From NCBI GenBank assembly GCA_030141605.1, contig JAQGDQ010000008.1:62001-126000 (forward strand): a DNA stretch of 64,000 nucleotides, given 5' to 3'. This DNA is from Tubiluchus corallicola (Eukaryota > Animalia > Priapulida). The translations under genes were made by a program, and so were the position numbers. This document shows, piece by piece, positions 40,199-52,715 of this stretch. The stretch's first letter is position 1; the number at the start of each line of letters is the position of its first letter. The notes beneath the pieces were generated by a model. It ran no database searches and was not told the origin of the DNA. It saw only the letters and a program-made list of their open reading frames with translations.

Positions 40199-43100
40199 TA
40201 ACACATTTAAATGTTTAAAAAGTTCTACATGGTCTAGCTAAATTTCATGCACGGATAATTCACGAAACTAGAGCACTTACATCATTAACCTGGGAGAACC
40301 ACTTAAACCGCTGATATTCTGCAGTATGCGCACGTCGAATGTGCACGTCGATTCGTCCTTAAAATATACTGTTTGTCTTTCGCAAAAAAAATGCTTTGTT
40401 TAGAAAAAAGTGTACAATGTTACACCTCTGTTGCAATTATCCATTTATAACACAATGAAATATCAGGGGGCAACAGTTACTAAAAACATGAAGACAGAAT
40501 GTGGGCAATGAAGGCATGAAGCGTTAAAGAGAGACAAAGGGTCTACTGCTAGCAGCTGCAAAAGAAACTATAAAATAACATCTGCAAAACTTAATGCAAC
40601 TTTAACTAGTTGTGGCACGGTATCAGTTTACATGTAAATCCAGGTGTCATTTATAGAAATTTCATTCATTGCAATAATTGCCATAATACATTGCATTTTT
40701 CCCTTATTTTTCTTAGTGTATTGATACGAACAATTAAACAAACATACAAGCAAACGAACGAATAACAGATCACCAACCAACCAACCAACCAAACAACAAG
40801 CAAGCAAGAAAACAAACAAACAAGCAAACAGGCATACAAACAAACAACCGTATGTATGTTGGTTTGTTCGTTTGTTTGTTTGCGTTTTTGTCAGGCTGTT
40901 TGATTACTTGCTTGTTCGTTCGTTCGGTCGTTCGTTCCTTCATTCATTGTTTCCTTCATTCATTCGTCAGTCCATTCGTTCACTCACTCGTTCGTTTGTT
41001 CGCTGTTTATTTCTTTGTTCATTCTTTCATTTGTTTTTTCATGTGTGCGGCTTGTTTCGATCATTTGCAAACACAATTCAAAACTATTCGGAACGAATTC
41101 AAAACTATTTATGTCCTCGTTTATTTGCTTATCCCTTCGTCGTTCCTTTTGTTTTCTTATTTGTTAGTTCCTTCGTTTATGTGTTAATTCTTTTGGCAGT
41201 TTGTTTCTTTGATTGTTTGCTTGCAACTTTGATCGTTTGTTTGCTGATCTGTTGTTCAAATTGTTTGTTCACTTGTTTTATTGCGTACCAATTTAAAGCC
41301 GTTTCGTTTTTATCGTTTGTTTTTTTCGCTTGTTTACACCTTTGTTTACATTTCAAAATAAAATAGAACTTATTAGGCGATATATATATATATATCGCCT
41401 AATAAGTTCTATTTTATTTATATATGTATATATACATGTATATATAATTGAACATAAACATTCGTCATTAATCATTGAATCATTAAGGTTCATAATGTGC
41501 CCTTCTGACAAAATAATTCTTCGCTAACGCTGCAACAAAAAGGCGATCATTCTGTATTGTCGTGGCTGCAAAAAAAAATAAAAAATATCAGCAATTCTTG
41601 TCAAACTCAATGACACGAGAGCTAATAAATAAGATACACCCTGCAGCATACAAATTGGTTTATTGACGTTTTCGCTGCTCAGGTTTATGGTGAACACTTT
41701 TCCAAAACACTGACAATCGTCGTTTCGATTTGTCGTTAGCACTTTTGTGGGAAATCACTGACAGGAATTCCCATCAAATGGCATCACAAGTGGAAATCTG
41801 AATGACACTATTTGCATTTTATACGTCTGCCATTATAGTGGGGTGAACGTCAAGAAAATGTTCTTGCTATTTAAATAATATGCATGACCTTGGTTCTTTT
41901 TTACTTTTAAGTAGACATATCAGTCAATGAATTTTCTTAACATGTTCGGCTTATTTTCAAAGTAAAAGCATGAAACTGTTTTGTCACCACTCAGTGTGAA
42001 TTGTTTTTAAATTAAATATTTAATCTCGCTGATGTTTTGACGATGATGTATTTTCATATGAAGAGAGTAAATAGCAAGCTTTGGCATTAATCGTGGTGCA
42101 TTATTTAGATAAAAAGTGCATGGGCCGCAAATCGATACAACTCAGCTGACCGTACATCAATGACGCCTCCCTGCTTATGGTTTTACTAATATTCGCAACG
42201 CAACATTTTTGTAAAGAACGGTTTAGTGCAATTCTAGGTCTAGAAAACTCTAAGTACACTGATACACCGAAACAGACGAAATTTTCTAGCACCTACACAC
42301 GTTAATTATAGAAACACGTTATAGAAATTGTTTATTTCTGCAAAGTTATACATTCCCGTTCCAAAAAACAGGAATTGTATCAGATGTTGTCAGCAAGAGT
42401 GTTGCAATTATTGGAATACGTGTTAGATTCTAATTACAACAATTCTATAAACTTTATAAAGACATAGCAATATACATAATGCAATTTACAATATTTACGA
42501 TATACGTAGTGCACAAAACATAAAAAGATATGCCTCTTAATTGAAAATGACTGCTGCTATGTAGTTGATATATTGAGTTTATCTATTAATAAACCACCTC
42601 TTGTACTACTTCCAGATATAAAAAAGATACGAAAATTACGTTAGTTCATATGCTGATTTTAATTTAGCTTTTGTGGTAGGTGCTATGATGCACGGCACAT
42701 TTTTTCGGCTTAGTATAGATTACACTATTACACAGAAGACCTTAAGACGTGATTTAATCTGTTCTTTTGTTAGTTCTTTTTGAAGGCTGGAGCAGCATCT
42801 GTAACTTTACAGCTCCTCGAGTTCTTTTGCAATTTTACAAAAAATATTCTTGAAACAAAACAACTTTAACTGAATGAGCTGTTTTGAGTAAGTCGGAGCA
42901 TTTGTAAACGTTTTCTAAACAAAATTGTTTTGTAAAATTAATTACTATACATACTACAAATGTGCTTATTATTATATTCCACTTTTATGATCGATGTAGA
43001 CAAATAGTAAAGTTTTCATGGATTAACGTGAGTTAGTGTCTTTGTCTTTTACAAACAGAACAACATTATTCATGAATTCTAAGATTTGCACAATGAGACA

Positions 43101-45704
43101 AGAATCTTGTACTAAATTAAACGCCCTACGAAAATTTGCAACTTCTCTTCTACCGCAATAACTGTTCTCTTATGCTTGCACTGGCTATCAGCTAATGGAT
43201 GTATGAAAGCACTAAAATAAAGCTATCTAAGAAAATTCACTGGTTATAAATCTGTAAAATCGTTCAAATTGCTGGACAAGTAGCCATAAAATCTACAAAG
43301 GCCTTCAAGCCTGGACAACTGCAAATGATTGACGACTAATAATCAGTAGAAAAACATTTTTCCTTGTCTCCAATCTCCATGACATTTCAATTACTACTTC
43401 TATGAAGAGTTCATCAATCTGAGGCACTCGGTGCAAGTTTTCTGGTAACACTGCGAAAGTGTTGCCGTTGAATTGGGTAAAATTGACTAGCATGCGTGTA
43501 AAAGTCCACGGAGACTTCACTTTCTATTGGTTGCAGTTAGTTGAAATGCAGCTAGTCTATTAACTAAGATGAACGTGCAAGAATGACAGTTGCTGTCGCT
43601 GTCGCTGCCGCTCTCGTTGTCGCTGTTGTTGTTGCAGTGTTTGTGTGCGTAAGCCCCCACAAATGGTTTTATTTACATAATCATATTATAGCTTTATATG
43701 CCAGAATTTTACTTATATAAACACATTATATTATACTTCAATAAATTCGGAAGTTGTACAAACATCCAAAAATGATGTTAACAAAGCGTTAACAAATTCG
43801 TATAATTGAACTGAAGGAAAAGAGGAAGAAGCCGAGGAATGGATTGTGGAAGAGTTTAGTTATAAAGTGGTACTTGCAATTAAATATTGACACTTATTCT
43901 CAATGTACAAAATTTCTGTACAAGTCAAAAATAAAGTGAAGCATAATCTTTTCATTACTGTGCGTTAATGCGCACTATTTTTAATGCGTCCTATTACGTT
44001 TAATTTTTAATCAATATATAATTCCCTTGTGAACTGTCATTGACCAAAAATTCATGTTATACTTGTACACAATGTCATTCTATTTCAGTGAGCATCTGGT
44101 GTGGAATTAAGCTGCCAGCATAGTGAGCATACAGTCATATCAAACAGCAATTTGTCATAATTATTTCACGGTCACGTAGAAAACTGAATGGGTCAATTGT
44201 AGCGGTGGTTTTCTGTTATCATAATCCTATCTTATCCTTGTATCTCCATGTAGCTTTTTTCTACATTTTTCAATGCAAACTATTAGTACAAATTTTAAGT
44301 TTAGACAATCCACGCCATTCCATCCAAAACGATTTTATTTGTAAAACCTTAAGGAATTATAGTTCAGTCTTAGTGCTAACGTATAGAAAGTTCCCTTTTG
44401 CGTGGAAACAAGCAGGCTTTGATCCGTGTTCGGTTAATAGACTAAATATAGATAGATAGTTAGACATCTTTATTTCCGACTTCTCGTCCACATAGCATAA
44501 CATACAAGTATATAAAAAATTAAAACTACAAATTACACATCAGTATTTACAAAGACTAATTACAAAGTAAAGTAAAATGTACAAATATCTTGTTTCTCTA
44601 CTTGATCCATATTAAAGAATTGAAGTATACATCACTATTTAAAATACTGGCTACAATAGAATTGTTTACTAAACATAAATATGTAAACTTATACTAAAAA
44701 CGCTTGAGAACTATTATAGGTTAACTAATTCAGTTAAAATTAAACATTAATTTATTGTTTTATTCGATTAAATAACGTTTGTTGTATGAACCACAATAAT
44801 AAGACTCAGTGCCACTGTGGTCATTAAAGAAATATCTGCTATCGTCGTCGTCGTCGTCATCACCATCATCATCTTCTTTTTTTTCATCACCACCACCATC
44901 ACCACCATCATCATCATCATCATCATCATCATCGTCATCATTCATCATCATTATCATCATCATAATCGTCGTTATCGTTATGATCATTATCGTTACTGAT
45001 GCCACTATCAACACTAGAGCTCCTATCATTTTCCATCATTTGTAATAATTTTGCAGTCAAAACACTGATATTTTAATAACTTACCTGCTAGTTAATTTAG
45101 ACAAAAAATAAGTATAAAACATTGTTTTAATCATAATAATCATTGGTTACCCTAGCGTTAGTAAATTAGCAAAAGGAAATGTCGGATTGGATGGCGAGTT
45201 ACTCAGGTTGAACTAACACCTGTTTCATTCAGCAAGTGCTGATTATCTAGTGTTTATGTAATTGTAATCTAAAGATGTTTGGTGCAAATCTAGACTTAGT
45301 CTTGCCTATTCACACTAGGATTCTTTTCTTTCATCTTTTTGAGTTCGTTGCATCGTTAATAACACTCTTACAATTAAAATTGTAGATGCTTAATTTCTTA
45401 ACTCTTTATTTTTCGTTACCACCCTTTTGAAAAAATTTAAGTCGCTTTGCTTGAAAATAACTCCGAGTTATTCAACTTTCAATTCCGAGTGAAACCAATT
45501 TTCTAGACATTATGTTCGCTTTTTACAATCGCCTTAATCCGCATATTGCTTCTGCAATATTGTATACTACTGTCATTTCATTCCTAGAAGTCTGTTTTTT
45601 TTCATAGAGTCGTTATCTTTGACCATAGTAACAATTTGCAAAGCAAACGCAATAACTTTATTTAACTTCTTAAAAAACTAATTTCTTGTTTTGACATTTT
45701 GCAG

Positions 45705-45732
45705 GTACGGAAAACGGATGGATCCTGAACAG
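45705..45732 (+). CDS. NPY: NPY-like gene 2, 28-nt coding exon: R-Y-G-K-R-M-D-P-E-Q
   Basis: Acceptor ttcttgttttgacattttgcag, then G TAC GGA AAA CGG gives RPRY-G-KR in the required phase. Donor CAG|gtgtgt. Confidence 0.82.
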
Positions 45733-47083
45733 GTGTGTGCACTTTTACCTGTACTTTGTACTCATAATTTGCAACTGTACTTGCTTTGAATATAATTGTC
45801 AGCAATGTGTGCATGTACAAGGATGTTCTAAAAGAGTAGAAAGTTTTGCAGTAGAAATATGACAAGTAGGATGACAAAATGAACCGACATTTCTGCATAA
45901 TGACAATGACGTAAAAATAATATTGTATTTTTACTTCATTATCCCAATTATTGCTTCCACACAACTTGATATGACCACATTTATGTGGTTTAATATCCTA
46001 AGAGCATTTGTTAATCCACTGTTTTTTAAACATCCTGGACATTGCATGAAACCTTTCAAGCGGTCTTTCGTAATGATAAGATTTTGGCAGAAAGCCAGAA
46101 AATATTCGATGAATCCGCATCATATCTATTGTAGCCAAATTTCTACGAAGCACGTCTAATCTTACGTACACCCTCAAACCAGATTTCTGCGAAAAATTTC
46201 AACGGACTCTCCTTGAGTGTTGTGTTTCAGCTTCACGTAGTATGGCTTTCTAAATCGCTTCTTTAACAACTGAAGTTAAGCGCGCAATTTAACGCGTAAT
46301 CGGAAACATTAATTACGCAGCGTCATCTGCATTAAAGAAGCATCTTCAGTTACATTATGATTTCTGGAAGGTTTTATTATGGCAGCTCTTGTAACTGATA
46401 CTTAAGACTGCAGAGTATCATCTTCAATGGCTGAGCACGGAGTTGACATAAACTGTTGCTGGTTCATTAAAATTACATAAGCTACATGGGCGTGGATCAT
46501 TGCATCTGAAATCCATTTGTACTTAATGGTGCTGCATAACAGATGGCTATTGATAGACCGACAGATAACTGGATAGATAGATAGACAGACAGATGGAAGT
46601 CCAACAATATATGCTCTGTCTCAGTTGGGCTTCAGGCAGTCGAGTCTTGGAATATATCTTAGAATACGAAGGAACGAAGGAACGAACGAGCGAACGAACG
46701 AACGAACGAACGAACGGACGAAGGAAGGTAGGACGAAAGGAAGAAAGAAAGGGAAGAAGCAAGGAAGGACGAAAGGAAAGAAGAAAAGAAGGGAGGAAGG
46801 ATGGAAGGAAGGAAGGAATAAGTTAACAAATTGCTGAACAATTAAAGAGACAAATAGGAGTAAAGGAACACAGAAAAAGGCCAAAAATGAGAAAAATGGA
46901 ATAAAAAAGAGAAGAGGTGAGGCGAACGCTAAAACGGTGGGAACGGAGAGGAAAAAGCAGAAGGGAAGGACTGAAAAAGAAAAGGGAACGAAAAAATGCA
47001 AGAAATAAAAAGGAAGGAAGAAATGGAAAAGTGTTTTTCCACTGGTTTTAGTGTTTTTCTTCATTTTGATTATTTATTTTTAG

Positions 47084-47128
47084 AACCCAATGGCTGACGA
47101 TCTCTACTGGGTTAGGAGGAGGAGATAA
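47084..47128 (+). CDS. NPY: NPY-like gene 2, last coding exon (NPMADDLYWVRRRR-stop)
   Basis: Strong acceptor ttttgattatttatttttag. A phase-0 join to the 28-nt exon gives an acidic, Trp-containing C-terminal peptide and TAA at 47126-47128. Confidence 0.62.
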   Translation, partial: NPMADDLYWVRRRR

Positions 47129-50100
47129 TTTTAGTCCAGGAAGTCACCATTGTTACAGATAATACAATTTCTGAATGGTTTCATTACACGTCCGAACGAC
47201 TTCAGCAGCATCTCACACCAAGTCTCACACAAGCAGTATTAACTATTAAGTTGTCATAAAGTTTTTTGTTATATCAGTTATTATAGTAGATATCTTATCG
47301 TTTTGTTCGAAACTAACTCTATGCATTTCTTTGTGATTTCCCTATTTTGTTAATTTTCATTTTTCAATAATTGTAAATAGGCGATAATGTTGAAAAGAAA
47401 CTGAGGTTATTTTGTAGTTGTGTATTTATTAGGTACAGAACTATGTGATGTTTAAAAAACTAAGGCTCTAACTTAGTGTCAAACTGTCAAACGAGATGAC
47501 AATATTTAAAATGTGTAATCAAAATGTTACCAATTCTTATGCGGTCCACCATGCACGTTCTTTTAAAGGAACGCCTATTTAAATTCTGCGTTACGTCTTG
47601 TATGTCTTTTACCAAAAAATGTTCAATTTATTGTCAAGTGTATTTAAAAGATGCACAGAATATTTAAAATGGAAAGTCCTTGTAGTGAATTAGGATTTAG
47701 AAAATCGCAAATTGCAATGTAATTAAGACGATAAAAACGATAAAAAACCAAAACGGCCATTAAGATGACAAAATGCATCTGTATGATTTTTTTTGGTACA
47801 GTATCACCATCAACATAATAATTTATGTCGTACATGAATTCTGAACGTTTGAACACAGTAAAGAAGTACAGTGGTTTTGGGTTTATGTACAGTATTACAT
47901 CTTTTATAAAATAGTTGACAGCCAACCTAGTCCTCAGTGGTCGCTTTGGTTTACTTTATTACACTCTATCCACTTTTAAGAAAAACGATAATTTTTGTCA
48001 TCATTGTGTGATTTCAACGGACCGCGATTGCAACAAAATTTCGAATTAATGGTAATTACGATAATAGTATAATTATACTCTATAGTTATTAGAATAAGAA
48101 TGTACAAACAAAAATCAACTGTGCAACGAAGTAACAAAATTAATCCGAGTTATCCAATAAATATAACGAGTTGTAATGAATTTTTCAAAATATGTCGTTT
48201 GTTATTTCTTTATAAAGCACATATGTATTTGTACTCAGACACATTTATTTTCAGAGACATCTGTTTTTCTTTTTTTGGTTTCTTTTATTCGTTCATTCTT
48301 TCTTTCTTTCTTTTCTCTTTCTTTCTTTTATTTAGACATTTACTTATTGTTTTATTCACTCACTGTCTCATTCGTTCGTTTCTTTTATTTTATTACTTAC
48401 TTATTCATTCGCTTACTCTTTCTTCATTTATTTGTCCATTCATTCATTTTTTCATTTTACACATTCTTTATTCCTTCATTTCTTCTTTCATTCATAAGTT
48501 AATTCATTCTTCCAGCTACTGTTCATTTAGCAATAGACTTGTTATTTGTTCCTTCATCTGTACGCACTTTCATTTATTAATTTTTCTCTCCTTTCTTTCA
48601 TGCGTTTCTATAATAAGAGTCCCTTTTAATTTTGAGCTAAAATAGTCACAGGAAATATCAAATTCTTAGAAAAACAAATGCCTGCTCTTTTATTAACAAA
48701 CAAACACAGCATTAGAGACAAGACACCCCAGATGGAAACTCGATATCAGTCCGTTGGTTTCACACAATGTTTGATCACATCCGCAGAATAAATACATGCC
48801 ATTCCGTTGGTCAAAATCGGGCCTCATATTTTGCCAAGATGATTGCAACATACGGGATTTGTTGACACTGCAAACGAAGCTTGATCATGAGAAGACATTG
48901 CAGCCTCCTCCCCATCTTCTCACTGTTTTGTTGACTATACTGAATGCAGAAGGCTCTCTGATAGAGCTACATTGTGCATGTGCTTATTTTGTTATTTCCC
49001 TATAAATCTGTTTATATTATACCTTCATACGAAGAACTTTTCCAAGGCCCGTCCCTAACTTTCAGAGAAGAAGCTGCGTTTTCAAAAATACAGTTCATCC
49101 GTCCTCAATAATCTGAAATTGGAGAATTTTTTACTCGTGCGCGTATAACACAAACTATTATTCTACAAGTTTGGCAAAAAAATTATTGAAAGAAACGAAA
49201 CCTTCAAAAAAGTAACTAAGTGAGTAAATAAATGAATAAGAAAAGCTTTGCTCACTTATTGTCTGACATTGCATGACCAGAAAACTACTGTTGCTGTTTT
49301 GTTTCAACTACCATATCCATCGTCATCATGATCACCATCGTCGTCGTTGTTATTATATATTGTCATCATATCATCATCAGCACCAACACATCGTCATCGT
49401 CATCATTATCATCGGTCTTTGTCGTCGTCGTCGTTATCATCATCATCATCATCTGTAGTAGCAATCCTATTATGAATGAGTTAGTTATCTGAACTGATGG
49501 CGTGAGTTCGCCACCTTGCACTCTGACAAAAAATTCTGAACTTAATGATGATTTTATTCACATTATAATGATAATTTTATTCACCATTACTTACCGCGTG
49601 CGAATTTAAATTGAAATTTCCATGTAATAAATCTTGTCGCCGGAATTGCAACAAGTAAAGCAGCAGGTATACGAGTGATATCGTTAAATCGAGCGTGTAT
49701 TAAGATTAGTCACCTCCAACCCTAATGTCCAGATTTTAGCCAGAGGCAAGTTGAATTGTACGTTTAATTTCATTTAGTCGAGGTCATCAGTAGCAATATA
49801 GCAGTGGAAGCTCTAGAGACCGGTTCAAAGGGGTGATTTTTCGGGCAGAAACAAATCATTTTTGGGAAAAACTGGAAGATATGGAAGATACTCTTTAATG
49901 TCCCTACTCCCTGCGACTATGAGGCCTGCTATGTTCTTTGTACTGTTGAATTCTTAGGGAGCATTGAATGACCGAAGTGCGCCCTTGATGATTTTAACGA
50001 CGGATTAAATAATTATCATTCCTCGACTTTCACTGAATTTTTATGAACGGTTCTGACAAGAAGACCAGTCAAGGCCTTGCGCTACGCTAAATTTTTTGGA

Positions 50101-50130
50101 GTAGAACGGTTAGATACGACAATTAGCTTG

Positions 50131-50265
50131 CGTCAGGACCTCAACCGTGTCACATCGTTTTTCCGGCAGCAGTTGCGTCGGGACGCTAAACCTGTCACGC
50201 CGCTTTTCTAGCAGGAGTTTCATCGGGACATCAAACTTGTCACGTCGCTTTTCGGGGAACAGCTG
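50131..50265. repeat. 45-bp tandem repeat, 3 diverged copies
   Basis: cgtcaggacctcaaccgtgtcacatcgtttttccggcagcagttg / cgtcgggacgctaaacctgtcacgccgcttttctagcaggagttt / catcgggacatcaaacttgtcacgtcgcttttcggggaacagctg. Confidence 0.85.
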
Positions 50266-51528
50266 ATTGGGGCTGTTTGGAACTGGAAAGACTGTCATAC
50301 GTAAGTTTCGAAATACTGATTTTTATCGCGGTTACGCAAGAAATAGCTGCTGGAGTGGATCGCTGAGCCAGTATTCTTTTTAATTCTTTTTTCAAGTGCA
50401 TTTCTCATTCTTTGCATTTCAGAACATTCGTTCTTCATTTTTGTTGCATTGAAAATATACCAGTATTGCAGAAATGGGGCCAACGTCTGTTCTTTTAGAA
50501 GTCATCATAACCAGTTTGGTAAGTCCATCAATTTATCATTCTTCTATAACAATCAACCAATAATGCAATCTATTTGTCATATACGGAGTACAGCATTGGC
50601 GCAACAATTTGGGATTGTTTTTCTTACGTGTGTGAATCCCCTTGTAAATTAAGCAACACTAACTCTGCCTACATTTACCGGAGTACATCTGTGAGTCTGC
50701 GTTGCTCGTATTAAAAATCAGCCCCAATAACTTTTTCTAGAAGAAGTGGACTACATCTCCGTGAAGTGGTTTCTTTTTTCTTCATTTTATACTCATTGGT
50801 AGTATCCGCTTTTGTTGAAAAGTGATGTGATAAGTGGCAAACTCCGTACCTAAAAGGAATTTACTATACTAACTAAAAGAAATCAAATTTTCTTCAAAAA
50901 AGATAACGCAGTTCTGGTGTAGAATAAAGACAACTAATAGCTTCTATAGTTTTTAAATCACAGGTTACTTGGCTAATAAATGACTCTGAATTTTGCAGTA
51001 AGCCATTTCGATGTAACATGAGACCATGTAGTAACTACTCGAATTAGTCGAGTGTAATTAATGCCTTCTATCTATCAGAATAAAATCGTGTTTACATAAT
51101 TTTCTAATTTTTACAAATATTACTAAGAAAATTTCTCTAAATCTAAAATTTTTTTTCCCACTTCCTCGAATGTGTTTAATTTGTTTGCGAGAAAATTAAT
51201 TGTCACACTGCAATGAAAGGTTGAAATTCAATTAAATAAATTAGTGACATTATCTCTTTGTCGGGTGTATAACAATCGTCACCTGGACGTTTTACTGCAT
51301 GTAATAAACACGAAATTATTGCATTTACTGTCCTTGGATTAACTTTGTTCTCTTGATTTCTACGTACTGTTTTATTTGCTGGCATTTTGCTTTCCTTAGA
51401 AGACATTCTGCGCCTACACGATCTGCATGTGTGCGTACCTACGTGTGAATATTGCGTACGGTTATTATTTTATTTTCAGTCTGGGTAAAATTAACTTCCC
51501 AAAATTTTAACTATATATATGATACAAA

Positions 51529-51573
51529 ATGTATTCCTCGATTGCGTTTGTAGCATTTTGTGCCTATCTTGTA
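51529..51573 (+). CDS. ZP-domain (cuticlin-like) protein, coding exon 1 (signal peptide start MYSSIAFVAFCAYLV)
   Basis: Upstream acceptor at 51479, aaaATG context and hydrophobic residues. A weak donor GTA|gtcagc joins in phase 0 to the next exon. The exact donor is uncertain. Confidence 0.55.
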
Positions 51574-52031
51574 GTCAGCGATTTGTTTCTATCTAGTTGG
51601 GAATCTTTTCGGTGATTATAAGGAAGTTAATAATTCAATTCTCAGCCGCATTAAGTTTATTTAATTTTCTAGAAATTATTTCTAAAAATAAATAAATGAT
51701 CTTACAAACGTCACCTGGATTCGATCAACTTTCATTTAGTTAACAATATATTCTTAATATTAGCCTTCTTATATTTATAAAGTACAGTTACATTGTAATA
51801 TAAAATGGCTGTTATTTACTTAAAAGGTTTTCTTTGAAATGCCACTAGTTGGAAAGGAAACCCACATAGATACCCCGTAACAAAACAAGATATCCTAATA
51901 TAAACGGGAACAAGAAAAGCTATTAGCTGTTACGAAATTTAGCTATAGTCTTTATTTCAAAATTCACAATTGTTACCAAATGTAGTAAAGATCTAATGTA
52001 GTAATTATGTGTTCATTAATTTTATTTTCAG

Positions 52032-52080
52032 GTTTTTACACTTGCGTATGCGCAGCCGGTGGAAAAAATAAACGTAACAG
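52032..52080 (+). CDS. ZP-domain protein, coding exon 2 (VFTLAYA-QPVEKINVT)
   Basis: Acceptor tttattttcag and donor CAG|gtgagt. It carries an AYA-Q signal cleavage motif, and its phase 1 end fits the next exon. Confidence 0.8.
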
Positions 52081-52256
52081 GTGAGTAATAAATATCTTGC
52101 AGTACGTAATGTTAGGTTACGTTTTGCATTTCAATACATAACATTACATTACATTACTAATCAGTGTATGACTACGATCTTGCACCTTCAAAAGGAATCA
52201 TCTTGTCAGACCACTTCTTCGGCTAGGAGTTTGGTTATAAAACAAATGCCCAGTAG

Positions 52257-52715
52257 AAGGGATGTTAACAATAACGATACGAATCAATAAACATCGTGTA
52301 GGTAAGAAAAATTTGTTTTTATCGTTATAGTATCGATATTATTCTAGGAATATCGATACCGATTGAATTTAGTGCATATCGGTGCTTGCCGCTTACCGTT
52401 ACAAAACCATTTCACTTTGCTTTTCCATTTCTGCAGTGGAATTATGCAAAAAAATTAAAAAGCTATTTAAAAGGTCGTTTAGATAATTTTCCGGTGCACC
52501 TTCTGCCTGCAATAGCGGTTGCTTCAGTTAGTTTAATGACGTGCAATTCCTTATACGGTATTACTATTGCTATACACTGAGAAACCTTGCACATTAACTA
52601 ACCACATGTTCAGTACCCTTTTTGTCTGTCGAAATAAATTTATCGTATCGTATCGTGCCGTCTTGGAAAGAATTATTGTTATCGTATCGCCAATTTTTAT
52701 CGTTTAACATCCCTA
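52257..52715. mobile_element. hAT-type MITE in an intron of the ZP gene
   Basis: Termini are aagggatgttaacaata and tatcgtttaacatcccta (TAGGGATG-type TIR). The 8-bp target duplication cccagtag / cgcagtag is 7/8 identical, and ATCG/CGAT subterminal repeats are present. Confidence 0.8.

Noticed and set aside
42616-42667. Alternative next exon for gene 2 (tccag|A TAT AAA AAA GAT...) giving RPRY-KK
   Set aside because: It has no amidation Gly or KR site and a weaker polypyrimidine tract. The 45705 exon gives the exact RY-G-KR.
38322-47128. Gene 2 as sNPF, PrRP or RYamide/luqin instead of the NPY/NPF family
   Set aside because: A single long peptide directly after the signal, YL at -17/-16, RPR and the phase-2 intron in the penultimate Arg all match NPY/NPF. 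There is no Cys-containing C-terminal peptide as in luqin/RYamide precursors.
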